Source: Catajapyx aquilonaris (Eukaryota). Taken from it: 64,000 nucleotides of DNA. The notes below the pieces were generated by a model that searched no databases, was not told where the DNA came from, and saw nothing but the letters and a program-made list of their open reading frames with translations. Numbering within the stretch: the stretch's first letter is position 1; each line of letters starts with the position of its first letter. Both the position numbers and the translations under genes were made by a program. Location of the stretch: contig JYFJ02001397.1 of NCBI GenBank assembly GCA_000934665.2, positions 1 to 64,000 on the forward strand, written 5' to 3'. Shown here piece after piece: positions 44,749 to 57,900 of the stretch.

Positions 44749-46464
44749 TATTATGTTATTTCCAAAATAATGCATATAACTCGTAACACCTCCGATACTG
44801 TGGACATGACATGTTGCTAGTGTTACAAGCCTTACACAGTACATATATATTCTGAACATGCCCTACACCTCAGTGCCACTAATTTGTGAGTCTATAAAAC
44901 CCAGGCCTCAATGAAGACCTACAATGGATCGTTTTGCTTTACATATTCAGGCAGGGGAAGCAGGCATTGATAAATCCGCCTAAAACCCCCTCCCAACACA
45001 AGGCACACACAAAAAAAAAGAATGCAGAAAGCGTCGGCTGGCTGGCGAAATTTACTGCCGGCCCCTCCCCTAATTGAAATATGGCCCGGCGTGGGAGTTT
45101 TTCTCCATTCGGTGCAAAGCTGAAGCAATCTCTAAGTGATGGATCGCTTCTATTCGGGAAAAGCGAGCTCCGGGAAAGAGGCTCGCCTGGGACACAACCT
45201 CCAAACAGCTATCTGCACTCGATTGCTCGGCGGGGAAAATCCAAAATGGGCTGTTATGTACTCTAGGAGAGGAGGAGGAAAAGGCCTGTCAGCTGATAAA
45301 TTCCCAAACCTCTCACATTATCTATCGCTACCATTCAGTGCTGCGCAGCAAAGCTTTGTACTCTCAAAATGCATGCTGCCGACTTTCCACCAACACCAGG
45401 CGTTCTCTGGTGACTTAAGACCACTCACAGGCACAATTTCGTAATCAGATCATGCTTTCATTGTTAATTACGCATTATTGTACAGTACTACTACAGAGCA
45501 CTTTTAGCCTACACCCTACAGGATGAACTAGTATTTATCCTGTCAGTTAGATAACCCATGCGCTTCCCCTGTTCAACATGTCACATAATCAGCAGGGGCA
45601 AGCGACAATCTATGGAGTACAGTATACTGTACTGCTATTATCAGCTGGTGGAGTACTGTACGTAGTCTAATGTGGTGGATGCTTCCACAGAAACACTGGT
45701 CATGTGTAATCTAATGTCATGTAAATCCATAGCCCCAGGATGAGAGTGATGTCCATTTTTCAGATTTCAGCCCCCTTCTTCCACCCTCTTTCCCCTTAAG
45801 CCAGCATCTTTATCGACCGTTTGAGAGAAGATGTAGGGCAGCAAGCGACTATTGACCGGCTTTTTAAGAGAGTCTGGTCTGACATCTGCCTGGGAGTTGG
45901 TCAAGAAAGAGCCAAGGTCATGCTGCATGTCCTTCACACGACGGACGGTGCCGATTTTTCACACTCATCTCTCTGATTCATTATTGTCATATATGCAATT
46001 TCATATTGTGTCGGGTTAACTCCTAACGTCTAACCGTTCTCAATATCCCAGGCCGATTTACTCTTGAAATACACTATAATGTCCTATATCATGTACAATA
46101 TTACATGTGAGACTCGCTCCGGGTATTGAGGCAAGCGTCGCTGAAGACTTCCATAAAGGAAAAGATGTATATAGTACTGTGGTATACTGTATACATGAGT
46201 ATTTCAGACAACTTGATAAACTGTAATACAAAACCCTATCTTATTGTAATGGCTTACGGCAATGCAGAATTACGCCTTGTGTGAAGAGAATGTTCTGAAT
46301 TAACCACATTAAATGAACAGCACTTTGGTGAATAACATTATGCTTAATTACAGTTGCAGTCAAACTCATGCAGTGTCTGTTTCAGGTCATTTCTAATATT
46401 CCTCTAATATTAATCGAGCAGCCAAGGAAGACGCCAGACGATTTGAACATGTTACCGTTACATG

Positions 46465-46685
46465 GGGCCGAATTCAGAGAGGTTGCTTAACTTAAACGCG
46501 CCCGATTAAATCCTTTAGTCATCCTCGATTAGCAAATTTAATCAACCTGCTAATATACAAAGACGGCGATTAGCGCTAAACGCCCCCTAATCGCACTTGC
46601 TAGCACTTTTAAATTTGCTAATCGAGGATGACTGAAGGATTTAATCGGGCGCGTTTAAGTTAAGCAACCTATCTGAATTCGGCCC
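46465..46685. mobile_element. PIF/Harbinger-like MITE, near-perfect foldback, 3-bp TSD (ATG)
   Basis: ATG|GGGCCGAATTCAGA...TCTGAATTCGGCCC|ATG, with arms of about 77 bp and few mismatches. Confidence 0.85.
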
Positions 46686-47916
46686 ATGATGCTTATAGTC
46701 GCCAGCGATGTAGCCTGCAAGGGAGTTGGTAAACTACGTATTTCGACCTCCCAAATACTGCAGATAGGCCTGATTATGACAGAAAATAAATCCACATTCT
46801 TGCCACTTTCACCACTGGTTTCTCATTTCAATAATGCTAATACTAATGTTATGTACAGTAGGCCTATTATAAAAATGGACATCTCTCCCCCTCTCAACAT
46901 TCCTTCCAACCGACATTCCAAACCAAGAAACTCCCCCAAGTCAATCGCGCCGAACCACAAAACCGATTCTTAAATAACTCGTGTTTGCAGGCAGCGTATT
47001 ATTGATCAAGAAAATTGGTCGAATCTCATCTACGCAAATTAGCATCAGCTGGAGGCAATCTTTTCCCGCAGCACCCTCTCCACGAATAACAAGGCTTGAA
47101 CTCCGGTCGACACCGGATGACACGGAATAGTGGAGAGATGTTATTAACAGTATTAATTCCCAACTGGTATATAGCAGCAGCATCAGGCCAGAAGCTTGGA
47201 AGGGGCAGCAGCAGTAAGGGGACTTGGTGTTGGCGGAAAATCGCGCGTCACATCGCATGAGCCCCGCTTCTATCTCCGAAAATCCCCATGGGTCAGCCCT
47301 TCGTCCCCCCCCCCCCNCTCCATCCCAACCTCCCCCTTTCCCGCAATAATGGGAGGAAATAGGCGGGAAATGGGAGGTGCCCAGATGCGTTTCACACCTC
47401 GACGCCGACGGAGATTGTCCCGGGCTCTCCAAAGTCCCTCGTCGACGCCACAGACCTACGTCGATGCCAACTCTCCTAATATAAGCTTAGCACAACTACT
47501 CCGACGTGGCATCTCTGAGCTGCTCAGGTTGCTGCTGGGGGAGAGGCAGGCAGAGGCTCACTCAAGAGAGACATGCAGGGATCTCCACGACATTTTCTAG
47601 CACCAGAAGTGCTCCGCTGTGACGGAGATTAACCAGTCTATGTGTTGCATTTCAGGGCATATATCAAAAGAGACAAGACCCACACATTCCCCGTAACATG
47701 TGTGTTAGATCTTGACATCTCAGGACAAATTGGCCAATCAGAAGGAAATAATGAATTTTGGGGGAGGTTGTGGACCATATAGTTTGGCGCTATAGGACCA
47801 TAGTTGTGGGAAACGACGATATGAAATCTATGAACCTACAGTGTATGTAGAACGTCTCCAATTCTGCCAATTTTGCACAAAAATGTTCATGCATAATTGT
47901 GTGCCAATGCAATATA

Positions 47917-48351
47917 CAGGGTATTCCTATTAAATGTCCGTTTTAGTTAGAAAATTTTGGCCACTAAACTGCTTATTTTTAGGCAGTTGCTGTGGAGTAG
48001 TTAATACTACTTGTTTGCATATTAAAATAATTAGCTCCTAATATTAGGTCGAAGTGAAATATATATTATAGGGCGCTAAATTGTAATGGATTTCCGCTTG
48101 CGAATTGCCCATTAGAATGATTAGATATTAGAACATTGTCATCATATGTCAATGATATAACTCTTTGTGCATGACATTCAGATCCCCTCTGCAGCAGGTT
48201 CTGAAAGGAAAGGTGCCTAATCTTAGCAGCTAATAATTTGTACAGTCACTGAAAGTAATTGTGCAAAAGAATTTGCTCAAAAATAAACAGCTTCACATAT
48301 ATCAAAAAAATCGCTATCAGTTAAAATGGATATTACAATTGGAATACCCTG
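47917..48351. mobile_element. Tc1/mariner-type MITE with TA TSD
   Basis: TA|CAGGGTATTCC ... GGAATACCCTG|TA, with weaker subterminal inverted similarity. Confidence 0.75.
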
Positions 48352-50369
48352 TATGTATGAGCATCTTCACTACACTATCATTTTGATACGCTAAAAGTTT
48401 CCAAAGTTTACCACAGAAAGGCATCCATTACTCTTTGCAGCGTAACAAGTATCACAACTACTTGGAGTTCATTTGAGCATCTGAGGCAACTAACACTAAG
48501 GCCCCATTCATTGGGAATGAAGTCACTTTTACACGAATATTTATTTATTTATTTACACGAATAGCATAGTTGATTTAATTTGTCCAAAAATATTAAATAT
48601 GAATCAGTTTGGCAATCATAATGCCAGCAAGTAAATGCAGTATGTAGGTCAGCAGGCTAAACATTAGTGTGAAGGTATCTTATTACTTTTGCATGGATAT
48701 CATGCAGTATGGAGTTAATAGTAATAAAGATAATCCTGTAATCATCACATCGTAATTAACACTACATGTTCCATTCATTTATCTGGGACACCTTGGGGAC
48801 ACGTATTGTGCATTTGTTATAGCACGATACATGCAGCTGATACAAGCCTAAATACTGTATACCACTACACAGTATTCGCATGCATAAACTGTAGTAGGCA
48901 TACTTATTTCAAGAAGAACATTATGGCGGTAAGGCCTTTGTTCAGAAATGGGTCCCCCTGCAAATGGGCTTGGCCCGAGCAGATAATAAACACTTTACTT
49001 ACTTACTAATGTAACATCATGTCATGATGAGGAAGCAATCATTGCAATGTTAGATGAATTGAATTCAGATGATCATCTAATAACTAATAACTGACACATG
49101 ATAATACCACTCATAATTTCTGAATTATGTTCTCCTTTTGGGGATATAAACTCCGGGATATATGAACAATAATTATTCTTTGCAGATGCACATTAAAATA
49201 ATTGACAGAGACGTTTGTCCAAGTCAGCACTCTCACGTTTGAATACAAATGAAGAGCACAGCCGCACAGGGGAAAAACGGGGAATGTCAAATTCCGTTGG
49301 GGTTCCTGCCAAGTGCACAGTACAATAGTAGCATAGGTGCCACTTATACCTGGAGGCTTTCCATGGGTACAAGGGTGACAGTTGCATATAATGACGCGAA
49401 GATATCCCTATTATTCTTTAGACACGTGAAGAAATAAAGCTATTTCTTCGATTTTTCATTGACATTTTTTGTGTGACATTCCCCGTTTTTCCCCTGTGCT
49501 CTTCAAATATTGACGACATTCTCCCGTCTCCCCGCGTCTCCCTATCCTTTACAACAGTTGTTCACAAAATACCACTGCTATTGTGTTTCACTTGGTTTCA
49601 CACAGGTTGGTTGCGCACAGATTTCTGCCACGACTCATGCATATTATTATGGCGGACTCCCAGGCATTGTACAACAAGAATAGGGGCCTACTTGAAATGT
49701 TCTTGGACACAATGTAGGACCTTCTGTATATGTCCATTCATAGTGTATTAAAATGATGAAAAATAAATATCAAAATTTATGAACATTACATATGTTATCC
49801 TGGTGTAACTTCAACTTGTGCATGCGATTTTGGATCATCATTTACCCCTCATTTACCCTTCTTTGGAAAATGTTGTGAGTGACATTGATACTGCCTATGT
49901 GTGCAACAACTGATAGTACCACCAGCGCAAATGATGTGCAACACTTTACTCATTCTGCAGCATAACCAAAACTTTGAACCAAAATGTAGGATTTGCCCCA
50001 TATTATTGTGCTGCAGGCAATTTCATGACAGACAATTCCAAGGTGCAGGATGTGGATCCTACTTTTAAAATAATTTCAATTTCCCGTATAACTGTATCAA
50101 TGTCTGTCATACATTTGCTTATGAACTGAGGTTAACAAATCATACGTTACATGCAATGGAAAATGTTACGACTAATAACAAACCAAAAAAATGTTGCGTG
50201 GTACATTGCCGTCGTCCTGTAATCCCAGCATCTATACCTGGGCTGCGCCATGCGTAGGTTCAGGGTGAGCTCTTGCTGTAAAAATGTGCTAATAATATTA
50301 ATACCTGGACCTGACAAGATGAAACAAGCAAGTGCATGGATTACAGGCCAGGTGTTACAGTAGTGAGAT

Positions 50370-50575
50370 TCCGACGATTCCCGCCACTCGTCGCGACCAT
50401 CGATGAAAGATGGCTGCGCCCAGGGAAGACTGAAGGGCGTGTGCCGTAGGACAGGTCGGGCTGGTTTCGTCGCCTCAGATTTCGTCGGCTGTCGTCGGAA
50501 CCGGTGTCAACGAAAGCCGCTCGCACCAGCAGTAGGGCTCCTGGGCAAGAGTGAGCCCGGAGGACGGGGCCAAGC
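50370..50575 (+). promoter_or_regulatory. MARS2 promoter/5' leader with a YY1-type AAGATGGC motif
   Basis: CpG-rich stretch upstream of ATG 50576, with AAAGATGGCTGC at 50406-50417. Confidence 0.55.
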
Positions 50576-53500
50576 ATGCTGGCGTGTGTCCGACCAGTTC
50601 AGCTGGCCTCATCGGAGAGGCTGCTGCGACTAGCTGCAAAGGGTCAGGTCACCAGGGCACTGGCCAGGACCTACTTTGTCACCACCCCCATCTTCTACGT
50701 CAATGCAGGTACAGCTGGGGCTAAACCGAGGAAGGTCACCAAGGTTTGCTCGCATTTTTGTGGCCCAGCCTGCATCCCTTCTTATGAAAGGCGATGAAAG
50801 GCATTTATTTCAATGAGGGATGCACATACGGAGGGTCGACTTTTGTGATTGCTTGAGTTTGCTCTAGTTTCATCTGCTGTTACTAACACATTAATTACAC
50901 GTAAAAACAAATCATTATCACATGTTTCCAAATAACTGACCCTACATGCTGATGAGCTCTTGTGCCAACGGAAGTGTAGTAGAGTTTCACTTATCCAGAC
51001 TAAATAATTAATTCAAGCAAACTGATTTACAATTTTCCAGATCCACATATTGGTCACTTGTACAGTGCCTGCTTGGCCGATGCATCCCATCGCTTCCATT
51101 GTCTCCAGGGCAGCAGTGAGCCAACCATTTTCAGCACTGGGACAGACGAGCATGGAACCAAGGTGCAGAGGGCGGCAACTTTGGCAGGGGTCACTCCCGA
51201 GGTGTATGCGGAGGGGATGTCAGGCCGCTTCGAGGAACTGTTTAAGGGGGCAGGTGTGGAATGGACACAGTTTGTCAGGACCACAGAAGACAGACACAAG
51301 CTGGCAGTTGAACACTTTTGGGTTGGTGCTCACATTTTGGCATAGTTCTAGAATGTATTGTGGAGTTTCATGACAGCCAGTCTAAACTACAGACAACCAG
51401 CACATGCTGGCATGCATGTTTACAGGCGTATGACCATGTCTAGCCAGCCATGTATGAAATTCTTGCATTTGGACTTGTCAAGATGGTCATAACTGGGGAA
51501 GCAAAAGTAATCATGGCCAGCAATCCTCTTTCTATATTCTTCTTATAAAAATATCTTATTTTCTTATAAAAATCCATTCCCCCCCCCNCCCCCCCCCATG
51601 AGTGGTAATAACGACAATTTTAATTGTGTGCATGGGATTTTCAGAAAGCATTGGTTGAAAAGGAACTTATTTACAAGAAGAAATATAGCGGGTGGTACTG
51701 TGTGGCTGAGGAGACATTTGTGCCAGAAATCCAGCTAGCAGATAGTGCAGGTGGCAAGGTGGTGGCACAGTCAGGACAACCAGTGGAATGGAGCTCAGAG
51801 GACAACTATGTCTTTCGTCTTTCCAGTTTCCAAGGGGACATTCAGAAATGGGCAAAGCTTGGTGAGCAACAGCTTCGTAGTTTACAGACTGATGGCTTTC
51901 ATGTCATTGGAAGTACTTATTAATATCTATTACATGGTAATTAATGTGAACTAGTCAGTAATATCACAGCCAAAATGATGGGTATTATTAATGTTCCTTG
52001 ATGCCAGCAAAGGTGCTGGAAAACTGGTTGTCTCAAATGCAAGTATGCAGCAGTTAATATCCAATCTTGTTAGAGCAGACATTGCCAATTTACCATTGAT
52101 TTTTTTGGAACCTAGAAACTTAAATTATCTCCTCATTTGATCGTAACAGTACCACAGGCAGTCATTGGGGAAAAATATATTATACTTCTGTCCTGCATTT
52201 GCCATGTTACAAGCAAAGCATTGTTTAATTCTTTGAGAAACCCACAGATGTATAATTTGTAATTCATTTAAGAGACATCGGTCCAACCATCCTTATTCCG
52301 TGACCACCTACTCCACTGGCTGAGTCAGGAAGATCTTCAAGACATATCTGTGTCACGGCCATCATCCCGTGCTCCCTGGGGCATTCCTGTTCCATCTGAT
52401 CCAACACATACTATCTACGTATGGCTAGATGCCCTAATTAACTACCTCACAGTTGCTGGATATCCAGAGAGGGAGAAGTTTAGGTGGCCTCCTTCCAGGC
52501 AAATTATTGGAAAGGATATACTCAAGTAAGGATATTATAATGCATAGGGAAACTTGTTTTCTTGAAAGGAAAATTTGAAGAAGTTGTAATTAAAATGAAA
52601 ATTACATATGATGCAGTAGAGCCATAATTACCTTCATTTCCACATTTCATTACCTGGATCTCAGTCTTACAGATATTTGCCACTACTTGCAGAATTCTGT
52701 TACGTACTTTTCTCATTTTGTCTCTCAGTTACTCACCCAGACATGGACTGGTGTGGGCATGCTATTATACAGATTTTAAAATTACTTTCCCATTTTCTGT
52801 AACGTCCCATTTTTTCTTCTCTTGTAGGTTCCATGGAATCTACTGGCCTGCTTTCCTGATGGCAGCGGGTTTGGAGCTCCCTTGCCAACTTTGGTGTCAC
52901 TCTCACTGGACACTTGGTGGGGAGAAGATGTCCAAATCTAAAGGAAATGTAGTTGACCCTTTCCAAGCAGCTCAGAGATTATCACTTGATGGACTCCGGT
53001 ACTTCCTGCTGAGAGAAGGAGTTCCTCATTCAGATGGAAGTAAGTTTCACGTCTTATTTGGTGGTACACTGCCATACATTGGTGAAGTCAAAATTGCTTC
53101 ACCCTAATTGAGTGTGTGAGAGCAGTGGAGGAAAATTCTGCTGATAAAACCTTAGTGTTTTTCTGCAAAGTAACACAGGTCTGTAAATATATTCTAGTAG
53201 GCTTTACTTTCGGTGTTACAACAATAATAATAATTCATACCCCGTTATCAGCCGGCTTCTCTTTAGGGGATATATATATATATATATTTGACTGGAACTC
53301 TTCGTTTCGTTTTTACTGCGCTTTTTGGGATAGGAAAGGAATGAGGCGGCTGTGGCCTATTAGTTTAGGAAACAACTCCGGAATTCTCCTGGAGGAACCG
53401 TGGGAAACCACAGAAAACCACGGTTAGAGTTGCCAGCACCGGGATTCGAACCCAGGACCTCCGATTAGCAGTCGGATACCATATCCCCTCCACCACCACT

Positions 53501-54900
53501 GCTTCGGTGGGGTGTTACAATCAGTCATGTGTCATTAGTACATTAGAGAGGGAGATATTATGCAAATCAATTGTAGCTTGGGCAGTCCTGTCTATTTAGC
53601 AAAATTTGTCAGACCAAGATTCACAAGCCTGAAAATTAAATTGCTTACAACTCCCTAACGAAGACCTATTAGAATATGTTTACAGGATCTTTTTTCTTGT
53701 ACCAACATATGCAATGAAATGAGACCATTTCCAAGAAAAACTAACTTGAACAGCTGGCACCATTTTCTCCTGAGAGCCTAATGCCTGACTTAATGAGTGT
53801 ATAAATTTATTACCAGGCTACAGTGAAGTAAGGGCAGTCAGAATCTTGAATTCTGAGTTGGCTGACACCCTCGGAAATCTCCTGAGCCGGTCCCTTGCTC
53901 CAGCAATTAATCATGAGCAAGTTATTCCAACCTGTCATGCAGAGATAGTGAAGCATCTCTGTGATGGACCTGCCCAAGAATTAATCAAGGGACTAGCATC
54001 GTTACCAAGTGAGTTGCTCCAGTTTGTTGAGTCTCAAGTGCCCAGATGTTGTGTGTGTACACTTGTCAGTTGTCACTAATGCGAGTGTTGCACAACAATT
54101 TGAACCTCACTTGTGCCATGGAGCTTATTTGCACTTGCTTGTGAATCTGGAATCAGTATGTATTTATTTCCAGGGTATAAGTTTGCTGCAGTAATTCTCA
54201 GGCATTTTTGTGCACCATTTGCTTGACAGTGCTTCCCAATATTGTATGTATCATGTATATGAAGAGACACTAAGTAAGGGATTTCATTCCTGGATCTGTC
54301 CACCATTGCCATTTGAGCAAAATACTACTATTATCCAGGATTTGTTATTTACAGAATGATTTTGTATGTTTGCATTTTGAAATGTGCAGAGCTTTCACGC
54401 CTTCCATTGACTGAGGGACCATGTAACTCTTTTAACTTGTTATTTTCCTAGATGAGGTCTACCAGGAATTTAACCTACTACATTTCCATCGTGGACTAAA
54501 CTCCATTATGGCTGTGCTGCGATCAGCTAATGCATTCTTCCAAGAAACACAACCCTGGAAGCTAGCTAAAAGCAAGGAACCTCATGACCTTGACACCCTC
54601 TGTGGAATTTTAGTAGTCACTATGGAGACGCTACGCGTCTGTGGAATTCTTCTCCAACCCATAATTCCAAGACTTGCAACTGGTATTCTTGGTAAGGAAA
54701 AGTGCAGATGTCGACACAAAGCTTTTACTGGCAAATATTAATTGGGCAATATATCTACAGACCAACTGGGTATCCCAACTGGCCGGAGAAAGTGGGACAG
54801 CCTGCAGCCTTTTGTATGGGATGCAACAACAACCAGTGAAAGCAGAGGTCAAATACCTATTGGAAAAAGGAGGCCCTTATTCCAACGGATTCAACAGTAG
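50576..54900 (+). CDS. MARS2: Mitochondrial methionyl-tRNA synthetase; exons 50576-50708, 51041-51321, 51645-51861, 52273-52525, 52828-53039, 53817-54008, 54452-54691, 54761-54900 (1668 nt, 555 aa)
   Basis: Class I aaRS motifs: [74 protein letters not shown]. The N-terminus is Arg-rich and nearly acid-free, like a transit peptide. All junctions are GT-AG and phase-consistent. Confidence 0.95.
53222..53510 (-). mobile_element. tRNA-derived SINE (second family) in MARS2 intron 5, 10-bp TSD
   Basis: B box GGTTCGAATCC, a central GGTTTCCCAC...AGGCCACAGCCGC segment of the kind common in insect SINEs, an internal (TA)n and an (ATT)n 3' tail. TSD GGTGTTACAA at 53212-53221 and 53511-53520. Confidence 0.88.
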
Positions 54901-54935
54901 GTCAATGCTACTCAAGTCCTAAAATATCTCCATTG

Positions 54936-57900
54936 TTAATAAAATGTTTTTTTACAAGAAATCAGATTGCCAGGGTTTCTCTTTTCACATTGATGACGAT
55001 ACTCATCAATTGATTGGCTAAGAGCCAGAATGTTTCCTGCCCCAAATCCAGTGGCCCCAATCCGCTGAATCACTTCCAGGAAAAATGTGTCTTGGCTGAA
55101 GATTGGGCGTGTGAAGATTTGCATCAAGTACCTGCAATTAATGTGAAGAAGTAGTTTTTTTGGGGGAAACAAAGGTGTGGTTAAAGGGGCATCAACTCTT
55201 GCACGGACTCAGATACAATATGTGGAAGGTTGACTTCTGCAGCTTCATTTGTGATTCACACCAATATAAAGAGATGCTACATACCTCTTTTGTGCTTCTT
55301 CTGGCTTCCCTGAAGCATCAGCCTCATCATCCATGAGAATCCCAAGTGACTTCAGTTTCTCTGGATCTTCCCCAGCATCCACCATCTCATCACGTTTACC
55401 TACTCTAGTATAGTAGGTTGGTGGTGGAGAATGGAACTTCACTCCCCTTGTGACCATGCTTTCCACACACTTGGAGATATTGGGCGTGTAGAGTGCGACA
55501 TGCTGGACTCCAGGTCCCTCATGATGACGGAGGAAGTCATCAATCTGTGAATTCGCTTTGGAATGAACATGCCATTTGGCTCATGCCCTGCCTTATTTTT
55601 TTTTTTTTTTTTTGCTAAGTAATTCCAGGATGTTCAAATGAGCTCCTTTTAATTGTAATGTGGAAGTCACTCATTCATGCCAGTCATAGCAGAAATATTT
55701 TTATTACTGATTTCCAACAGACCCCCCAATCACAGTATCTACGGTAGGCTCATGAAAGAACTTTGCATAATCATTTAACTCCACCACCTTGACAATTGGC
55801 TTGTGTGTCCATTATCTGTGAACAAGAATGAAGACATCAAGTTGCAGTCTGGGTCACACCAAGACTAGCAATTCTGTCGCAAAGCCTCCTTCCTGACGCC
55901 AAGTATGGCAATGTTGCTTCAAAGTTGTCCATACAATCTGCCCTAGATACATCTTGATTTTAGCCCATCAACAATGTCTCGGAACACTGTTAATATTCTG
56001 TGATGATGCATGGGTCTATTATCTTGTGCTGATTGCATACTGTATTTACTAGAATCTAACTGTAAATGGCACACGCTGTTTTAAATAATCAAATTTTAGA
56101 GGAAAATATAATGATGCTTTCTACCCAATTCTAAGACACTCTATTTTTCCATATTTTTTAAAATATAAAAATTGTGCCTTACATTCAAGTTTATTGGGTA
56201 TTCTTGCTAGGCAGTGTATATATACAGCCACAGGGTGTCCACAATGAAATACCAAGTTTCAACTTGCTACTATTACGCAAGTTACTGAACCATGGTGTCT
56301 AAATTGTTTATGTAAGAAAATCAGTAGCCTTCCACGTGTGCTCATTTAGTAGCAAGCACAATTTTAAGCTGAAAATCTCCCTCACTAGAGGTTTTCTCCC
56401 GCATGTCATGGGTGATGGAGGACATGTCATTATTTTGGCTGTCCACTTTAGTTGCATAGATGCTGTCATGAAGTTGTGGAAAGGCGTAATGTCCAGCACT
56501 TCTGTGATTGACTTAAGCTCGGCTACCCACCACACAACTTGCGTTTTTCCCTCTGTAGATGCTATGTTTGTATCTTCCGACAGAATCCCCCACAGGAGCA
56601 CCCCCACATCACATAGGCTGTTCTAATAATTCAGGATGAAACTTGTTGAGTCTCCAGACCGTTTAAACAACCAAAACCTTAAATACCTCTGCATTTCCAT
56701 TTTTTTACCACTCTTTGAAACTAGGGAGGTTCATTGTAGACACCCTGTAGTATATTGTACTGCGTAAATGCACAGATTACAAGTCATTGCTCCATATCAA
56801 TGAAAAGGATCTCTTCATTTGATCAGTCCACAAGCAGACATATGTCTTACTTACTGTATCCATTCAGTGTCTCTGCAAGTACAATCTTAATGCTGCTTTC
56901 TTGGTCGTGATCACCAAACATAAGCCCAACTTCAGCACATTTCCAGAATTCCATTGCCCGCAGACGCATCCCAACGTTGTTGGCTATGACCATTCCTTCC
57001 TCAAGGCTTTCATCACGGTTAATAAGGAAACGCCTCATTCCAAAGCAGGCTTCATACCAATGCAGGACTGAGTTACTCTCTCCTTCCCTTACAACCAGAG
57101 CAACATGATCAATGTGCGTTACATCACAGCTTTGTTCTGATTCTGTCAAAGATACATAGAAAGGTTTCAGCAAGAGGTATCATACAGATTAAGGTGTTGT
57201 GTCAGAGTTACGGCGACCCGACCATAAAGGCCCCGCGCCAATTTTTTTGTTTTGTTTTGTTTTGTTTTGTCATGTAAATCATGTAATTGAATGCTTATAA
57301 AATTTTTTATGAATGGAGGTACTGTTCTCAAGATGCCTTCAGTAAGGTCATTTGTGTTTGAATACTTTTCAAATCTCAGCAGTTTTTTACAACGCAACCA
57401 CTTGTCCTTTTACTTTCTAGAGTTCTAGACACATCTATGAGTTCATCTGAGGATTTCATATGAAATAACAGGATGGCCTAATGTAACAAAGGCTGAAGTC
57501 CAGCACAGTAGAAGAGTGGTGGATTTGCAGAATAAAAAATACAGATTTAAAACTTTCTGATACCCCACCGTTTAGTAATCAGATATTTTGCCCCAAGTTG
57601 TTATTTTTGTGTAGCTTATTTCAACTTGATTGAGGTACCCATTATACGTACAGTACCTGCTATATTCTACCACACCAGGGAATAATTTGGCACCATCAGG
57701 GTGCAAAAAGCAACACAAAAATAACAACTTCTGGCAAAATCTGTGATAACTAAAAGGCCCCAGACACTTGGAACACACTTACTGTATAAGCCTGAAAGAG
57801 TCACTCTACAATCAGTAGCAAATATGATGTTGACTTCATAAGCAGGTGCCTTTTAATTCCAGCCTTATTAACTTAGGGTGGAATTTTTGTCGTACCACTA

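Noticed and set aside
49020..49760. Possible piggyBac relic (EEAIIAMLDELNSDD; LLCFTWFH)
   Set aside because: The fragments are too short and I found no TTAA-flanked TIRs.
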